Source of the DNA: Candidatus Woykebacteria bacterium
Lineage (GTDB): Bacteria > Patescibacteriota > Microgenomatia > Woykebacterales > RBG-16-39-9b
Assembly (NCBI GenBank): GCA_040876265.1
Contig: JBBDPN010000001.1
Location: 246,208 to 310,207, forward strand
Length of the DNA: 64,000 nucleotides
Reading direction: 5' to 3'
The position numbers were made by a program, and so were the translations under genes. The notes under the pieces are model-generated. The model searched no databases, had not been told where the DNA came from, and was given only the letters and a program-made list of their open reading frames with translations. This document shows positions 27,980 through 39,774 of this stretch, piece after piece. Within the stretch, counting starts at the first letter, position 1. Every line of letters starts with the position of its first letter.

Positions 27980-28597
27980 ATGGCCCCAGTAATTTACAAA
28001 AGAGAACGTGACCTTCTAAATTTTATCTCCCAATTTATGCAAAAGCGTGGTTTTGCGCCTACTCTTGCTGAAATCTGTGATGGCTTGGGTTTAAGATCTC
28101 CAGCCACTGTCCATGAACACATCCAAAATTTAATCGATAAAGGAGTTTTGAAAAAAGATGAAGGCGTTAGAAGAGGTTTGGAGATCGTAGATCAGAAGAT
28201 CATGGGTTGGGTACAAAATATAGTCGAGATTCCTTTGGTGGGTAGGATCGCGGCTGGCGAGCCAATTGAAGCAATTAGCGACCACACTTCGGTCGTAAAT
28301 GTCCCACCCGAGATGGTTGGGAAAAAGAAGTGTTTTTCCCTGCAGGTACGCGGTAACAGTATGGTTGAGGCGGCCATACTCGACGGTGATTTCGTAATTT
28401 GTGAAGAAACAAGCGAGGCTAATAATGGTGAGATCGTTGTGGCGCTGCTCAATGAAAATTTTGCAACTCTGAAAAGATTTTTTAAAGAGCCTACTCACAT
28501 CCGACTGGAACCAGCCAACTCCTCCATGAATCCGATTATTACCAAAAATGTCACTATTCAAGGAAAGGTAGTTGGAGTAATCCGTCGGTACCACTAG
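27980..28597 (+). CDS. lexA: LexA repressor (S24 peptidase)
   Basis: N-terminal wHTH, Ala-Gly cleavage site (RIAAGEPIEA), and Ser/Lys dyad (RGNSM ... KR). Confidence 0.9.
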   Translation: MAPVIYKRERDLLNFISQFMQKRGFAPTLAEICDGLGLRSPATVHEHIQNLIDKGVLKKDEGVRRGLEIVDQKIMGWVQNIVEIPLVGRIAAGEPIEAISDHTSVVNVPPEMVGKKKCFSLQVRGNSMVEAAILDGDFVICEETSEANNGEIVVALLNENFATLKRFFKEPTHIRLEPANSSMNPIITKNVTIQGKVVGVIRRYH

Positions 28598-29841
28598 ACA
28601 AAGATCAAGCCTACCACAGCAGCTGTCATTATCACGAAAGTGATCGTCCCAAGTGTATTTGAAATAATCCCATTAGTATTAACACCCATAATAGATTTCT
28701 GATTTCCCATGTGTAAAATCAGCAATATAATGACCGGCGAGATAAATCCATAAATGACCGCCGTGTAAAAAAGGGCATCAAATGGGTTGATGTTTAGTAG
28801 ATTCATAAAAAATCCTAATATAGTTGACGCAATAATAATCAGATAAAAAGCTTTTGCCTCGCGGAATTTTTTATTCAGCCCTTCCGACCAACCAAACGCT
28901 TCACTCAAAGCGTAGGCGGCACTTCCAGCCAAAACCGGTATGGCTAGCAACCCAGTTCCCACTATCCCTAAAGTAAACAGCAGCCCTGAAGCATCGCCAG
29001 CCAAGGGCTTGAGCGCTACTGCAGCCTGATCGGCTGTCTGGATATCGTGAATACCGTTGGCAAAGAGAGTTGAAGCGGTTGTGGCGATAATAAAAAACAT
29101 CACTAAGTTCGAAAAAAACATACCAGTTGTAACATCACCTCTCATATTTTTTAGCTCGTGCTTGGTCACAATATGCCGTTTTAATTTTCTTATCCTTTTT
29201 TCCTCATCTACTTCTTCAACTTCCTCACTAGCTTGCCAGAAGAAAAGATAGGGAGATATAGTGGTACCAAAGATAGCGACAATTAAAATTATGTATTCGG
29301 GCTTAAAGCTAATCTGCGGCAGTATCGTGTCTCGTATTATTTCCAGCCAATCCTGTTTGGTAATTATCGCTGCTAAAACATAGGTGAAAAGGGCGAGTGT
29401 AAGCCACTTCAGATACCTAGAAAAAATGTGATAGGGAACAAAGAGCATCGTCAAGACGATAAACCCAGTGTAAAAAATTCCGTAGATCAGGGGATTTATA
29501 TCTAAAAGAAGCTTACTAGCTGCCGCCATACCTCCAAGATCTGCACCAATGTTTATTGTGTTGGCTACTACCACCATTGATGCAATGGCGTAGAGGAAAA
29601 TCTTGGGGTAATGAAGCTTCATGTTCCCAACCAACCCGCGATCTGTAACCAACCCAATTCGAGCACTCATTTCTTGAACAGCACTCATCAAAGGAAAGGT
29701 AAACAAAACAGTCCAGAGGGTGGTGTACCCGGACTGGGCTCCGGCTATGGAATATGTGGCTATACCAGATGGGTCATCGTCACTTGCTCCCGTTATTAAA
29801 CCTGGACCAAAAGAGGAAAAAAATTTTTTAATTTTTCTCAT
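28594..29841 (-). CDS. mntH: NRAMP-family divalent metal (Mn2+/Fe2+) transporter
   Basis: Has GPGLITGASDDDPSGIATYSIAGAQSGYTTLW ... MSARIGLVT, the Nramp consensus. Confidence 0.85.
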   Translation of the reverse strand: MRKIKKFFSSFGPGLITGASDDDPSGIATYSIAGAQSGYTTLWTVLFTFPLMSAVQEMSARIGLVTDRGLVGNMKLHYPKIFLYAIASMVVVANTINIGADLGGMAAASKLLLDINPLIYGIFYTGFIVLTMLFVPYHIFSRYLKWLTLALFTYVLAAIITKQDWLEIIRDTILPQISFKPEYIILIVAIFGTTISPYLFFWQASEEVEEVDEEKRIRKLKRHIVTKHELKNMRGDVTTGMFFSNLVMFFIIATTASTLFANGIHDIQTADQAAVALKPLAGDASGLLFTLGIVGTGLLAIPVLAGSAAYALSEAFGWSEGLNKKFREAKAFYLIIIASTILGFFMNLLNINPFDALFYTAVIYGFISPVIILLILHMGNQKSIMGVNTNGIISNTLGTITFVIMTAAVVGLIFV

Positions 29842-30213
29842 TTAAACTCCAAGTATAGACCGTACTTCGGCCACTACTTGAGCTGGGGTATATAAACTTT
29901 TTATAATGTAAGCTTTGGCACCAATTTGGAGAGCCTGTTTTATCAACTCATCTTGGCCCAAGTTACTTAGAACAATAACATCTATTTTTTTGGTAGAAGA
30001 GGATGACTTAATCTGTTTTAGGACCTCAAGACCATCAATTTTTGGTATCATTATATCCAAAAGCACTACGTCAAACTGCTCTTCCTTAATAGAATTTAGA
30101 GCGGCTTCCCCATCGGCAGCTGTTTTTGTATCAAATCCGTGCTTGGAAAATTGGTGGGTGTAAAGTTCGGAGACAAAATTGTCGTCTTCAACAATCAATA
30201 TCTTTTTTGCCAT
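29842..30213 (-). CDS. Response regulator, receiver domain only
   Basis: Has ILIVEDD..., DVVLLDIMIPKIDG, and K near the C-terminus. Confidence 0.75.
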   Translation of the reverse strand: MAKKILIVEDDNFVSELYTHQFSKHGFDTKTAADGEAALNSIKEEQFDVVLLDIMIPKIDGLEVLKQIKSSSSTKKIDVIVLSNLGQDELIKQALQIGAKAYIIKSLYTPAQVVAEVRSILGV

Positions 30214-30272
30214 ATCCTAATTCATTATACCGATTTACCAGGGGCCGATGTCAAACCAATCTTTAAGAGAAC

Positions 30273-30854
30273 CTAAACTTTCTTTTTTAAAAGCTGGTTA
30301 AATAGGTAAAGACCGCCTACTAGAAGTATTACGATGCCAATCGTAAATATTTCAAAGTACTCCGACAAATATCTTTGAATTGTTGGACCAAAAATAAATA
30401 TGAGAGTCGCGATAAGAAAAAACCGCCCCGCCCGTCCTATAAAAGACGCGATAATAAATCTCTTTAAATCCAAATCAAAAAGGCCCGCCGAAATAGTAAA
30501 TATTTTATAAGGTATAGGACTAAAAGCCGCGATTAGTATGGCCCAGACGTCATAACGGTGGTAATATAGCCTAACTTTATATAACTTTTCTTCGCTGATA
30601 AAGCGCTTGACTAAAGGCTTACCTCCTTTATTACCTAAAAAGTAGCCAACTAAACCCCCAGAAAGCGAAGCGACGGTGGTAATTAAGGCTAATAGAAATG
30701 ACAGCGGGGGGTTTAGTAAAGCTAAGGGAATTAAGAAAATATCCGGAGGTAATGGCAGAAATATTGATTCAGAGGCCGCTACCAGCGCCAAAAGAGCTAC
30801 ACTATAATTTGAGTTTACGACAGAATCTATGGAAGGACCAAAAGCTTCAAACAT
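30273..30854 (-). CDS. DedA/YqaA (SNARE-associated, PF09335) family membrane protein
   Basis: Has ESIFLPLPPDIFLIPLAL....GGLVGYFLG...RYDVWAILIAAFSPIPYKIFTISAG. Confidence 0.6.
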   Translation of the reverse strand: MFEAFGPSIDSVVNSNYSVALLALVAASESIFLPLPPDIFLIPLALLNPPLSFLLALITTVASLSGGLVGYFLGNKGGKPLVKRFISEEKLYKVRLYYHRYDVWAILIAAFSPIPYKIFTISAGLFDLDLKRFIIASFIGRAGRFFLIATLIFIFGPTIQRYLSEYFEIFTIGIVILLVGGLYLFNQLLKKKV

Positions 30855-30908
30855 TTAAATTGATTTACAAGAATAACTTGGGCCAATGAATATGATATCA
30901 TAGTCACC

Positions 30909-31580
30909 GTGTCGACTCTGTACCTAGTTTCAACACCAATTGGAAATATGGGCGATATCACTCTAAGGGCTTTGGACATTCTATCGGAGGTAGATTTGAT
31001 TTTGGCTGAAGACACAAGGAAAACAGGGCAACTATTATCTAAACACAGTATTAAAAAACGGCTCGAGTCTTTTCATGAACATAACGAAGAGATAAAAATT
31101 GACTCTATTCTCACCAAATTAAAATCCAAACAAGATATTGCTCTTGTTTCTGACGCTGGCACTCCCCTCATATCAGATCCCGGGTATAAACTAATCCGGG
31201 AAGCGATAAAAATAGGTATAAAAATCGTGTCTGTACCAGGCGCAAGTGCAGTCACCGCAGCCCTTATTGCTTCTGGTCTGCCGACTGATAAATTTATTTT
31301 TTTAGGGTATTTCCCAAAAAAGAAATCAAAACAGGAACAGACTCTTAAACTTTTACAGAGCTTGTGGAGCCAGGTACGTATCACAGCTGTTTTTTTCGAC
31401 TCTCCATTTAGAGTGCGTAAAACTTTGGATACAATAAACGCTATGTTTCCAGAAATCGATGTGGTTCTGGCCAGAGAAATAACTAAAATTCACGAGGAGT
31501 TCGTCAGAGGAAAGGTAAAAGATGTCGTCGCCAAAAATCTAAAAACCAAAGGGGAATTTACGCTACTGTTGAAGCAATAA
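30909..31580 (+). CDS. rsmI: 16S rRNA (cytidine1402-2'-O)-methyltransferase RsmI
   Basis: Has LYLVSTPIGNMGDITLRALDIL..LILAEDTRKTGQLL, the tetrapyrrole-methylase fold. GTG start. Confidence 0.85.
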   Translation: MSTLYLVSTPIGNMGDITLRALDILSEVDLILAEDTRKTGQLLSKHSIKKRLESFHEHNEEIKIDSILTKLKSKQDIALVSDAGTPLISDPGYKLIREAIKIGIKIVSVPGASAVTAALIASGLPTDKFIFLGYFPKKKSKQEQTLKLLQSLWSQVRITAVFFDSPFRVRKTLDTINAMFPEIDVVLAREITKIHEEFVRGKVKDVVAKNLKTKGEFTLLLKQ

Positions 31581-31593
31581 ATTTCGGTTGCAA

Positions 31594-32859
31594 TTAGTAG
31601 TTGGCTCCAGCTATTTCCCTCTCAATTTCGAGCAAACGATCGTACTTTACTTTCCTTTCTTTTTTTAACGGCGAGCCTATTTTAATATGATCAGCGTTTA
31701 TCGCTACAGCTAAGTCACAAATGAACGTATCATCTGTTTCCCCGCTTCTGTGGGAAACAGCTGTTTTCAACCCAGCTTGTTTTGCCACTGTAATAAAATT
31801 TAGAGTTTCCGATAAAGTACCGATTTGGTTAGGTTTAATGACCACCCCAGTTACTGACTTTCGCGAAATAGCGATCTCCAATCGAGCCGTGTTTGTGGTC
31901 GTCAGGTCATCACCGATAACAAGAGTTTCGGGCGATAAATGTTTTGTCAATCGAGACCATCCATCCCAATCGTCATCTACGACAGGATCCTCAATTGAAT
32001 ACAATTTATATTTCTTGCTTATTTTTTCAACAAAATCAAGGTACTCATCCTTTCCAACGGCTTGTGTAAAATCTTGCGTTTGGTAACCACTTTTCCCGAA
32101 AATATTTGTTGCGGCGATATCCAGGCCAAAGCCAAAACCTTCTTTATACAATTTTACCTCATCTATTGCCGCTTCTATCAACTCTATAGCGTCGGTATTT
32201 TTGCGAAGGTGGGCAGCAAAACCTCCCTCCATACCCAAGGAGTGATTTAGACGCTTTTGCTTGATCTTTTCCCGCAAGCTATCGATTAATTTTTTTATGT
32301 TCGTATAGCCTTCACTGAAAAATCTAAATCCTTTTGGTAGCACAAGAAATTCTTGGAAATCCAACCCGTGAGTGACGTGCTGCCCGCCCTCAATTACGTT
32401 CGCCATTAAAAGCGGGAGGTCGAACACCTTATTTGGATCGTTTAAAATGTTTTTCCGGATGTGGCGATATAGAGGAATCTGTTGATTATTTGCTTGCGCG
32501 ACAGCGTTGGCCAGCGAAACTGACAACATCGCATTTGCCCCGAGCCTCATTTTCTTTTCTGTCCCGTCCAATTCAATAAGGGATTTATCAACTCTTTTTT
32601 GATCGGAAGCCTCTAAACCGCGCACAGATTGAAGTATGACCCCTTGTATATTAGCAACTGCCTTTTGGACTCCAAGACCGGAGTAATGCTTCGGATCGCG
32701 ATCACGCAACTCGTATGCTTCATGAGCCCCAGTAGAAGTTCCTGAAGGAACAGAAGTCTCACCAATCGCACCTCCTTGGAGAAAGACGGAGGTCTTTAAA
32801 GTAGGAACACCTCGACTATCTATTATTTCCTCGCTTTTTATATTCTCAATCCGGGCCAT
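31594..32859 (-). CDS. eno: Enolase
   Basis: Has IIDSRGVPTLK, SGTSTGAHEA, and the Mg-site DDDW. Start trimmed to MARIENIK. Confidence 0.95.
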   Translation of the reverse strand: MARIENIKSEEIIDSRGVPTLKTSVFLQGGAIGETSVPSGTSTGAHEAYELRDRDPKHYSGLGVQKAVANIQGVILQSVRGLEASDQKRVDKSLIELDGTEKKMRLGANAMLSVSLANAVAQANNQQIPLYRHIRKNILNDPNKVFDLPLLMANVIEGGQHVTHGLDFQEFLVLPKGFRFFSEGYTNIKKLIDSLREKIKQKRLNHSLGMEGGFAAHLRKNTDAIELIEAAIDEVKLYKEGFGFGLDIAATNIFGKSGYQTQDFTQAVGKDEYLDFVEKISKKYKLYSIEDPVVDDDWDGWSRLTKHLSPETLVIGDDLTTTNTARLEIAISRKSVTGVVIKPNQIGTLSETLNFITVAKQAGLKTAVSHRSGETDDTFICDLAVAINADHIKIGSPLKKERKVKYDRLLEIEREIAGANY

Positions 32860-32963
32860 TAATTTTATCTTAGCCGCTAGCGCGAACATTTTACAAGTGT
32901 AACTAAAACTTCTCAGAAAGACCCCTAGACAGTACTTGAAGTCTTTGTTAATATATTTCATTC

Positions 32964-33329
32964 ATGAAAATTTCGCACAAGGCTAAAGCCTTAGTAATTT
33001 CTTGTATAGATTTTCGATTTGTAAGTAAGGTGAGAGACTTTCTAGTGGAAAAAGGGTTAAAGAATAGCTATGATTTAATTACCGTGCCTGGAGCTTCTTT
33101 AGCGCTTGATAGCATAGCGGCTAATATTTTAACCTCATTGGAGCTCCACGATCCAGATGAAATCCACATATTCGATCATGAAGAATGTGGGGCCTACGGA
33201 AAAAGCAATTCGAAAAAGGCCCACGTTGGTAATTTGAAGAGAGCACAACAAATACTCTCACAAGGCAGCCCAGGTAAAAAAATTAAAACCTATATTGCCG
33301 GTTTCGAAAATATCGAGGAGATAAATTAA
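32964..33329 (+). CDS. Small beta-carbonic-anhydrase-like protein (putative)
   Basis: C-x-D-x-R (SCIDFRF) and H-x-x-C (HEECG) zinc-ligand spacing as in beta-CA, but only 121 aa. Confidence 0.3.
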   Translation: MKISHKAKALVISCIDFRFVSKVRDFLVEKGLKNSYDLITVPGASLALDSIAANILTSLELHDPDEIHIFDHEECGAYGKSNSKKAHVGNLKRAQQILSQGSPGKKIKTYIAGFENIEEIN

Positions 33330-34070
33330 ATGGAAGTTACCCTTTTCGCTGAGAAATTACTTAGTATTGGTCCTGTCCCAATAACAAATACTCTTTTGAC
33401 TACAGTAATTACTACTTCCATATTAGCTTTTTTTGCGGTCGCTGTATCTGGCAAAGTGTCACTGTTGCCAACCAGCAAGCTTCAGCTATTTTCAGAAATT
33501 ATAATTGAGTTTATTTTTAATACAATTGAAGGCCTGTCCGACAGAACCCGGGCCTACAGATTTTTTCCAACCGTGGCGACTTTTTTTCTTTTTATCATCC
33601 TCGCAAACTATTTGGGTCTTTTCCCTGGGTTTAACACGATAGGTATCCGTGAGATCCATCACGGTAAGGAGGTGCTCGTTCCAATTCTACGTAGTATCAA
33701 CAGCGATTTAAACGTCACCCTGGCCTTGGCTCTAATATCCGTTGGTATGACTCACTACTACTCAATCTCGGCTCTAGGCCCTGTAAATTACCTAAAACGT
33801 TACTTTAGTTTAAATCCAGTTAATCTGTTTGTTGGTTTGCTGGAAATAATTGCTGAAATTACGAAAATTATTTCCCTATCTTTTCGTTTATTTGGTAATA
33901 TTTTTGCCGGCGAGACGCTACTGGTAACCATATCAGCACTTTTCGCCTTTGTACTACCACTACCATTCTTGTTTTTGGAAATAATTGTTGGTTTTGTGCA
34001 GGCGGCTATTTTTATGATGCTTACATTAGTATTTATGGTGATCCTGACGGAAAAGTCAGCCAGCCACTAA
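33330..34070 (+). CDS. atpB: F-type ATP synthase subunit a
   Basis: Multi-TM protein with ..LSFRLFGNIFAGE.. (essential Arg). Confidence 0.9.
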   Translation: MEVTLFAEKLLSIGPVPITNTLLTTVITTSILAFFAVAVSGKVSLLPTSKLQLFSEIIIEFIFNTIEGLSDRTRAYRFFPTVATFFLFIILANYLGLFPGFNTIGIREIHHGKEVLVPILRSINSDLNVTLALALISVGMTHYYSISALGPVNYLKRYFSLNPVNLFVGLLEIIAEITKIISLSFRLFGNIFAGETLLVTISALFAFVLPLPFLFLEIIVGFVQAAIFMMLTLVFMVILTEKSASH

Positions 34071-34086
34071 GAGAGGAGGTGTATTT

Positions 34087-34293
34087 ATGGAATTTTCAGT
34101 TACTGGTGGTCTAATAGTTGCTCTTGGGGGTGCTACCCCAGCCTTGGCGGTTGGTCTCATCGGAGCTAAGGCGATGGAAGCGATTGGAAGAAATCCCGAA
34201 GCCCAGGCGAAAGTACTACCGGCCATGCTTTTGGGAATGGCGTTTGCAGAGGCAATCGCAATCTACGCATTAGTTCTAGCATTTACTGGCTAA
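34087..34293 (+). CDS. atpE: F-type ATP synthase subunit c
   Basis: 68-aa hairpin proteolipid with AIGRNPE..., ..AFAEAIAIYALV. SD GAGGAGG upstream. Confidence 0.9.
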   Translation: MEFSVTGGLIVALGGATPALAVGLIGAKAMEAIGRNPEAQAKVLPAMLLGMAFAEAIAIYALVLAFTG

Positions 34294-34294
34294 A

Positions 34295-34798
34295 ATGGAA
34301 ATTTTGAAGAGTTTTGGTGTGGAGCCAATTTTACTTTTGGCTCAAATAGTAAATTTTGTAATACTCTTGTTTTTATTGCAACGGTTTCTTTACAAACCAA
34401 TACTTAAAGTTTTGGAGGAAAGACGGAAAAAAATTGAAGCCTCGATAAAGCAAGCTGAGGATATTGAAAAACGTTACGAAGAAAGTTCTAAAAAACAGGC
34501 AGAAATACTGATCAAAGCTCGCGGGGAAGCTGCCGAGATAGTGGATAGCGCTAAAAAGGAGGCTAAATCTCTATCAGAACAAATGCAGGCTGAAGCCAAA
34601 AAGTCAATTGATGAAACCATAAAACGTACCCAAGAATCTTTGACACTAGAGAAGCAAAAAATCATCGCCGAAGCCCGCAGCAATATTGTTGATTTAGTCG
34701 CTACCGCCACCCAGAAAGTAGTGTCCAAGACTCTTAAAGGAGTTGAAAAAGAGAAATTAATAAAAGAGGCTGTGCAAGAGGTAGGACATGAAAATTAA
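34295..34798 (+). CDS. atpF: F-type ATP synthase subunit b
   Basis: N-terminal TM helix plus a long charged coiled coil. Confidence 0.85.
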   Translation: MEILKSFGVEPILLLAQIVNFVILLFLLQRFLYKPILKVLEERRKKIEASIKQAEDIEKRYEESSKKQAEILIKARGEAAEIVDSAKKEAKSLSEQMQAEAKKSIDETIKRTQESLTLEKQKIIAEARSNIVDLVATATQKVVSKTLKGVEKEKLIKEAVQEVGHEN

Positions 34799-35189
34799 TA
34801 AAAAAGAAGTTGCGCAAAGGGCCAAACAGCTTTACTCTACCAGTTTCGTTAGGGAAGAATTAGATATAAAAAAAATCAGGGAAAATATAAATATGGTGAA
34901 AAAAACTTTCAAAAGCAGGGCTCTGGAGGTATTAAAACAATATTTATATTTAATAAAAAAACACTTAAACAACGATACTCTGGTGATAGAGTCTGCCCAA
35001 AAGCTACCGACAACTTTCTTGAAGCAAATAGAGAAACATTACTCAAAGAAAGCTGGACGAAAGATAAAAATTGAAACAGATGTTAACCCCGAGATTATCG
35101 GCGGTTTAAGATTACGTCTGGGAAATAATGAGTGGGATTACTCTACTATTGGCCGAATTAATCAATTAAAGGAGGCGTTGCGTGGCTGA
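34788..35189 (+). CDS. atpH: F-type ATP synthase subunit delta (short OSCP-like)
   Basis: Called from its position between the b and alpha genes. Short and divergent, with [11 protein letters not shown] near the C-terminus. Confidence 0.5.
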   Translation: MKINKKEVAQRAKQLYSTSFVREELDIKKIRENINMVKKTFKSRALEVLKQYLYLIKKHLNNDTLVIESAQKLPTTFLKQIEKHYSKKAGRKIKIETDVNPEIIGGLRLRLGNNEWDYSTIGRINQLKEALRG

Positions 35190-36699
35190 TATCGTGCAGG
35201 AGCTAACAAGAGAAATAGAAAAAATTAAAATTAGTCCAGGACAAAAAAACATTGGCGTAGTAACCGAAATCGGTGATGGGGTCGCCCGTATCGAAGGTCT
35301 TTCAGATGTTGCCTACAACGAACTTGTCCAGTTACCTAAGGGCCTGTACGGACTGGCTCTAAACTTGGAGGAAAATGGCGTTGGTATTATCATCTTTGGC
35401 GACTACAAACTGATAAAGGAAGGCGATAGCGCAAAAACTACAGGCAAAATTCTTTCTGTTCCAGTTGGTGAGAAGCTCCTAGGTAGGACAGTGGATGCAT
35501 TAGGCTCCCCGAAAGATGGTCACGGATCGATTGCTTCTACAAAAACCTACCCAATCGAAAAGATAGCTCCAGGGGTCATAACCCGCCAATCAGTAAACAC
35601 CCCTTTGCAAACAGGGTTAAAAGCAATCGACTCGATGATTCCAATCGGCCGTGGTCAGCGAGAACTAATTATTGGTGATCGCGGACTTGGGAAAACAGCA
35701 ATTACCCTTGATACCATTATTAATCAAAAAGCTTCTGGCGTAATTTGCATTTACGTTGCCATTGGTCAAAAAACCTCAAAGATTGCCCAAGTAATAGGCA
35801 CTTTAGAAAAACACGGCGCTATGAAGCACACGGTTATAGTTTCTGCCAGCGCTGATGATACTGCTGCTATGCAGTTTGTAGCTCCATACGCTGGCTGTAG
35901 CATTGGTGAGTATTTCATGGACGCAGGCAAAGATGCTCTTGTGATTTACGATGATCTTTCTAAACACGCCTGGGCCTACCGACAACTATCGCTAACTTTG
36001 CGGCGGCCGTCGGGCCGAGAGGCCTACCCCGGTGATATTTTTTATCTTCACAGCCGTCTCCTAGAGAGAGCAGCAAGACTTAATAAGGATTACGGTGGAG
36101 GCTCACTTACCGCTCTACCCATCATCGAAACTCAAGCAGGAGATGTTTCCGCCTACATACCAACCAACGTTATTTCAATCACAGACGGGCAAATTTATCT
36201 TGAAAGCGATCTCTTTTTTGCTGGTACCAGACCAGCGGTAAACGTTGGTTTATCTGTATCCAGAGTTGGCGGTGCCGCCCAAATAAAGGCAATGAAAGCT
36301 GTAGCAGGCAGTTTAAGACTCGATCTGGCTCAATATCGAGAGCTGGCTTCTTTTGCCCAGTTTGGTAGCGACCTCGATGAAGCGACCCGAAATAGACTCG
36401 AACGTGGTAAAAGAATTGTTGAAGTCCTCAAACAACCTCAATACGTCCCCATGCCAGTGGAGCAACAAATTGTCATCATCTGGGCAGCTACAAAGGGACT
36501 TTTGGATGATATACCAGTTGAAAATATCGAGGAATTCGAGGAAAAATTTATCGATTTCCTCAAAACAAGAAAGGAAAAACTACTCTCACAAATAGCTAAA
36601 GAAAAAATGCTCGATGAAAAAACATCTAGAGAAATTGAAAAAACAATCGTAGAGTTCAGAAAAAATGTTAAGTTCACAGTAAGAAGTAAGGAAGCTTAA
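35182..36699 (+). CDS. atpA: F-type ATP synthase subunit alpha
   Basis: Walker A GDRGLGKT, plus the alpha signature. Confidence 0.95.
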   Translation: MADIVQELTREIEKIKISPGQKNIGVVTEIGDGVARIEGLSDVAYNELVQLPKGLYGLALNLEENGVGIIIFGDYKLIKEGDSAKTTGKILSVPVGEKLLGRTVDALGSPKDGHGSIASTKTYPIEKIAPGVITRQSVNTPLQTGLKAIDSMIPIGRGQRELIIGDRGLGKTAITLDTIINQKASGVICIYVAIGQKTSKIAQVIGTLEKHGAMKHTVIVSASADDTAAMQFVAPYAGCSIGEYFMDAGKDALVIYDDLSKHAWAYRQLSLTLRRPSGREAYPGDIFYLHSRLLERAARLNKDYGGGSLTALPIIETQAGDVSAYIPTNVISITDGQIYLESDLFFAGTRPAVNVGLSVSRVGGAAQIKAMKAVAGSLRLDLAQYRELASFAQFGSDLDEATRNRLERGKRIVEVLKQPQYVPMPVEQQIVIIWAATKGLLDDIPVENIEEFEEKFIDFLKTRKEKLLSQIAKEKMLDEKTSREIEKTIVEFRKNVKFTVRSKEA

Positions 36700-36702
36700 T
36701 CT

Positions 36703-37563
36703 ATGGCCAGTTTAAGAGAAATCAAAAGAAGAATAGGCTCTGTTCAAAATACAGCCAAAATCACTCACGCGATGGAGCTTGTTGCTGCTGCCAAGATGAA
36801 GCGGGCTCAGGATCTAGCCAACTCGGGTAAACCTTATTCTCAACTGGTTAACGGTCTTATCCGCTCTATCGCCAATTCGATCGACCCCTCAGCACATCCT
36901 CTACTTACGCAAAACGAAGGACCAAAAAGTTTAATTTTGGTATTTTCAACTGATCGAGGTCTGGCCGGCCCCTTGAACAGCAATTTATTTCGAGAAATCG
37001 AAAAATTCAGCACGGATGTGAGATACGTCAGCCTGGGGAAAAAATCTCGCCAGTTCCTAGTTAAAACTGGTCGAGAATTGGTTGCGGATTTTACACTCAC
37101 CGAAAGGCCAGATCTAGCTTCTTGCCGACCTGTATCCAAATTGCTAATTGACGGGTTTCTAAATGGAGACTTTGATCAGGCGCATGTACTATACACGGAA
37201 TTTATATCTACCTTGCGCCAAGTAGCTGCTGTAAAACAACTTTTGCCGATCATAGATAAAGAAATTTTGGAAGAATTGATAAAGGAGGCCGAAGAGGACT
37301 TTCGTTTGGAGCCCCTATTTGAACCGGGCGCTGATACAGTCTTGGCAGAAATACTTCCTCAGTATATTTTGATGGAAGTTTACCAAATCATGCTTGAAAC
37401 CAAAGCCAGTGAACACTCTGCCCGAATGGTTTCGATGAAAAATGCAACCGATGCTGCTGATGAACTATCTGAGGATCTAACTCTCGCTTATAACGGCTTG
37501 AGGCAAGAAGCAATTACAAAAGAAATACTTGATATTAGCACTGCCGCAATTGCACTAGAATGA
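36703..37563 (+). CDS. atpG: F-type ATP synthase subunit gamma
   Basis: Has MASLREIKRRI..TAKITHAMELVAAAKM. Confidence 0.9.
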   Translation: MASLREIKRRIGSVQNTAKITHAMELVAAAKMKRAQDLANSGKPYSQLVNGLIRSIANSIDPSAHPLLTQNEGPKSLILVFSTDRGLAGPLNSNLFREIEKFSTDVRYVSLGKKSRQFLVKTGRELVADFTLTERPDLASCRPVSKLLIDGFLNGDFDQAHVLYTEFISTLRQVAAVKQLLPIIDKEILEELIKEAEEDFRLEPLFEPGADTVLAEILPQYILMEVYQIMLETKASEHSARMVSMKNATDAADELSEDLTLAYNGLRQEAITKEILDISTAAIALE

Positions 37564-37629
37564 GGAAGTTATAACTAATGAATAAAGGAAAAATTTTACA
37601 GATTGTAGCCTGCTTATCGCACGATGTAA

Positions 37630-39021
<1,392 letters not shown>

Positions 39022-39026
39022 TTTGA

Positions 39027-39431
39027 ATGAAAATTGAAATTGTAACACCAGAGAAAATCGCTTATTCTGATGAAGCTGATCTGATCAGCTTACCCACCCC
39101 TGAGGGCGAAATTACAGTACTACCCGGACACGTTTCGCTGGTTACGCAACTTCTCCCTGGAGAAATCACCGCAAAAAGAGGTTCGCAATACATTATTTTG
39201 GCTAGTGGGGGTGGTTTTGCCAAAATATCTAAGGACAAGGTGTCGGTCGTGACAGATCTGGCTCAGCGACCGGAAGAAATAGATGAGAGAGCTGCTGAAG
39301 AGGCTAGAAAACGGGCTGAAGAAGCTCTTACAGAAAGAGAGAGACTTTCAGAAGAAGAATTTGCTCTTGTTGCTGCCAGTTTGCAGAAAGCCTTGGCACA
39401 GCTACGGGTAAAGAGGCGACATAGGCACTAA
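39027..39431 (+). CDS. atpC: F-type ATP synthase subunit epsilon
   Basis: Beta-sandwich N-terminus and helical C-terminus. Last gene of the operon. Confidence 0.85.
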   Translation: MKIEIVTPEKIAYSDEADLISLPTPEGEITVLPGHVSLVTQLLPGEITAKRGSQYIILASGGGFAKISKDKVSVVTDLAQRPEEIDERAAEEARKRAEEALTERERLSEEEFALVAASLQKALAQLRVKRRHRH

Positions 39432-39432
39432 G

Positions 39433-39774
39433 TTAATCACTATTTGCAAGCTCTGTTTCAATAAGAGACTGGGATCCCCCTAGTTGTATTACACCCTGGT
39501 GTTTCTTACCGTTAATAAAAAACGTTGGTGTAGCCGTAACCCCCAGTTTACTCTCCTCGTCCATGTCCAGGAAAACTTTATCCTTAAACTTACTTGATTT
39601 TAAGGTCGTCTCAAGCTTGTCCATATCTAGACCTAATTCCTTTGCGTACCTTATTAGATGTTCTTCTTGTAAGTTCTTTTGATTGGCAAATAAAATATCG
39701 TGGTATCCCCAAAATTTACCTTGCTCAACGGCCGCCTCAGCAGCTTTTTTAGAAAGGGGATTATTTAGTTTGAA
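39433..39774 (-). pseudogene. Truncated DsbA-like thiol-disulfide oxidoreductase (C-terminal half only)
   Basis: Open frame encodes ...AAEAAVEQGKFWGYHDILFANQ...GVTATPTFFINGK..., the DsbA helical insert and C-terminal thioredoxin half. The CxxC-containing N-terminus is missing. The frame runs straight into the 3' end of the HigA-like gene. Confidence 0.5.

Noticed and set aside
32860-32961. N-terminal extensions of the enolase ORF, and likewise metK 50851-51045, rplS 62078-62155, dgkA 5112-5222 and the HK 21833-21847
   Set aside because: The extensions lack the conserved protein N-termini. Internal Mets coincide with family-typical starts and, for metK, with an SD. The metK extension is in fact the SAM-I riboswitch, and the dgkA extension would run into a tRNA.
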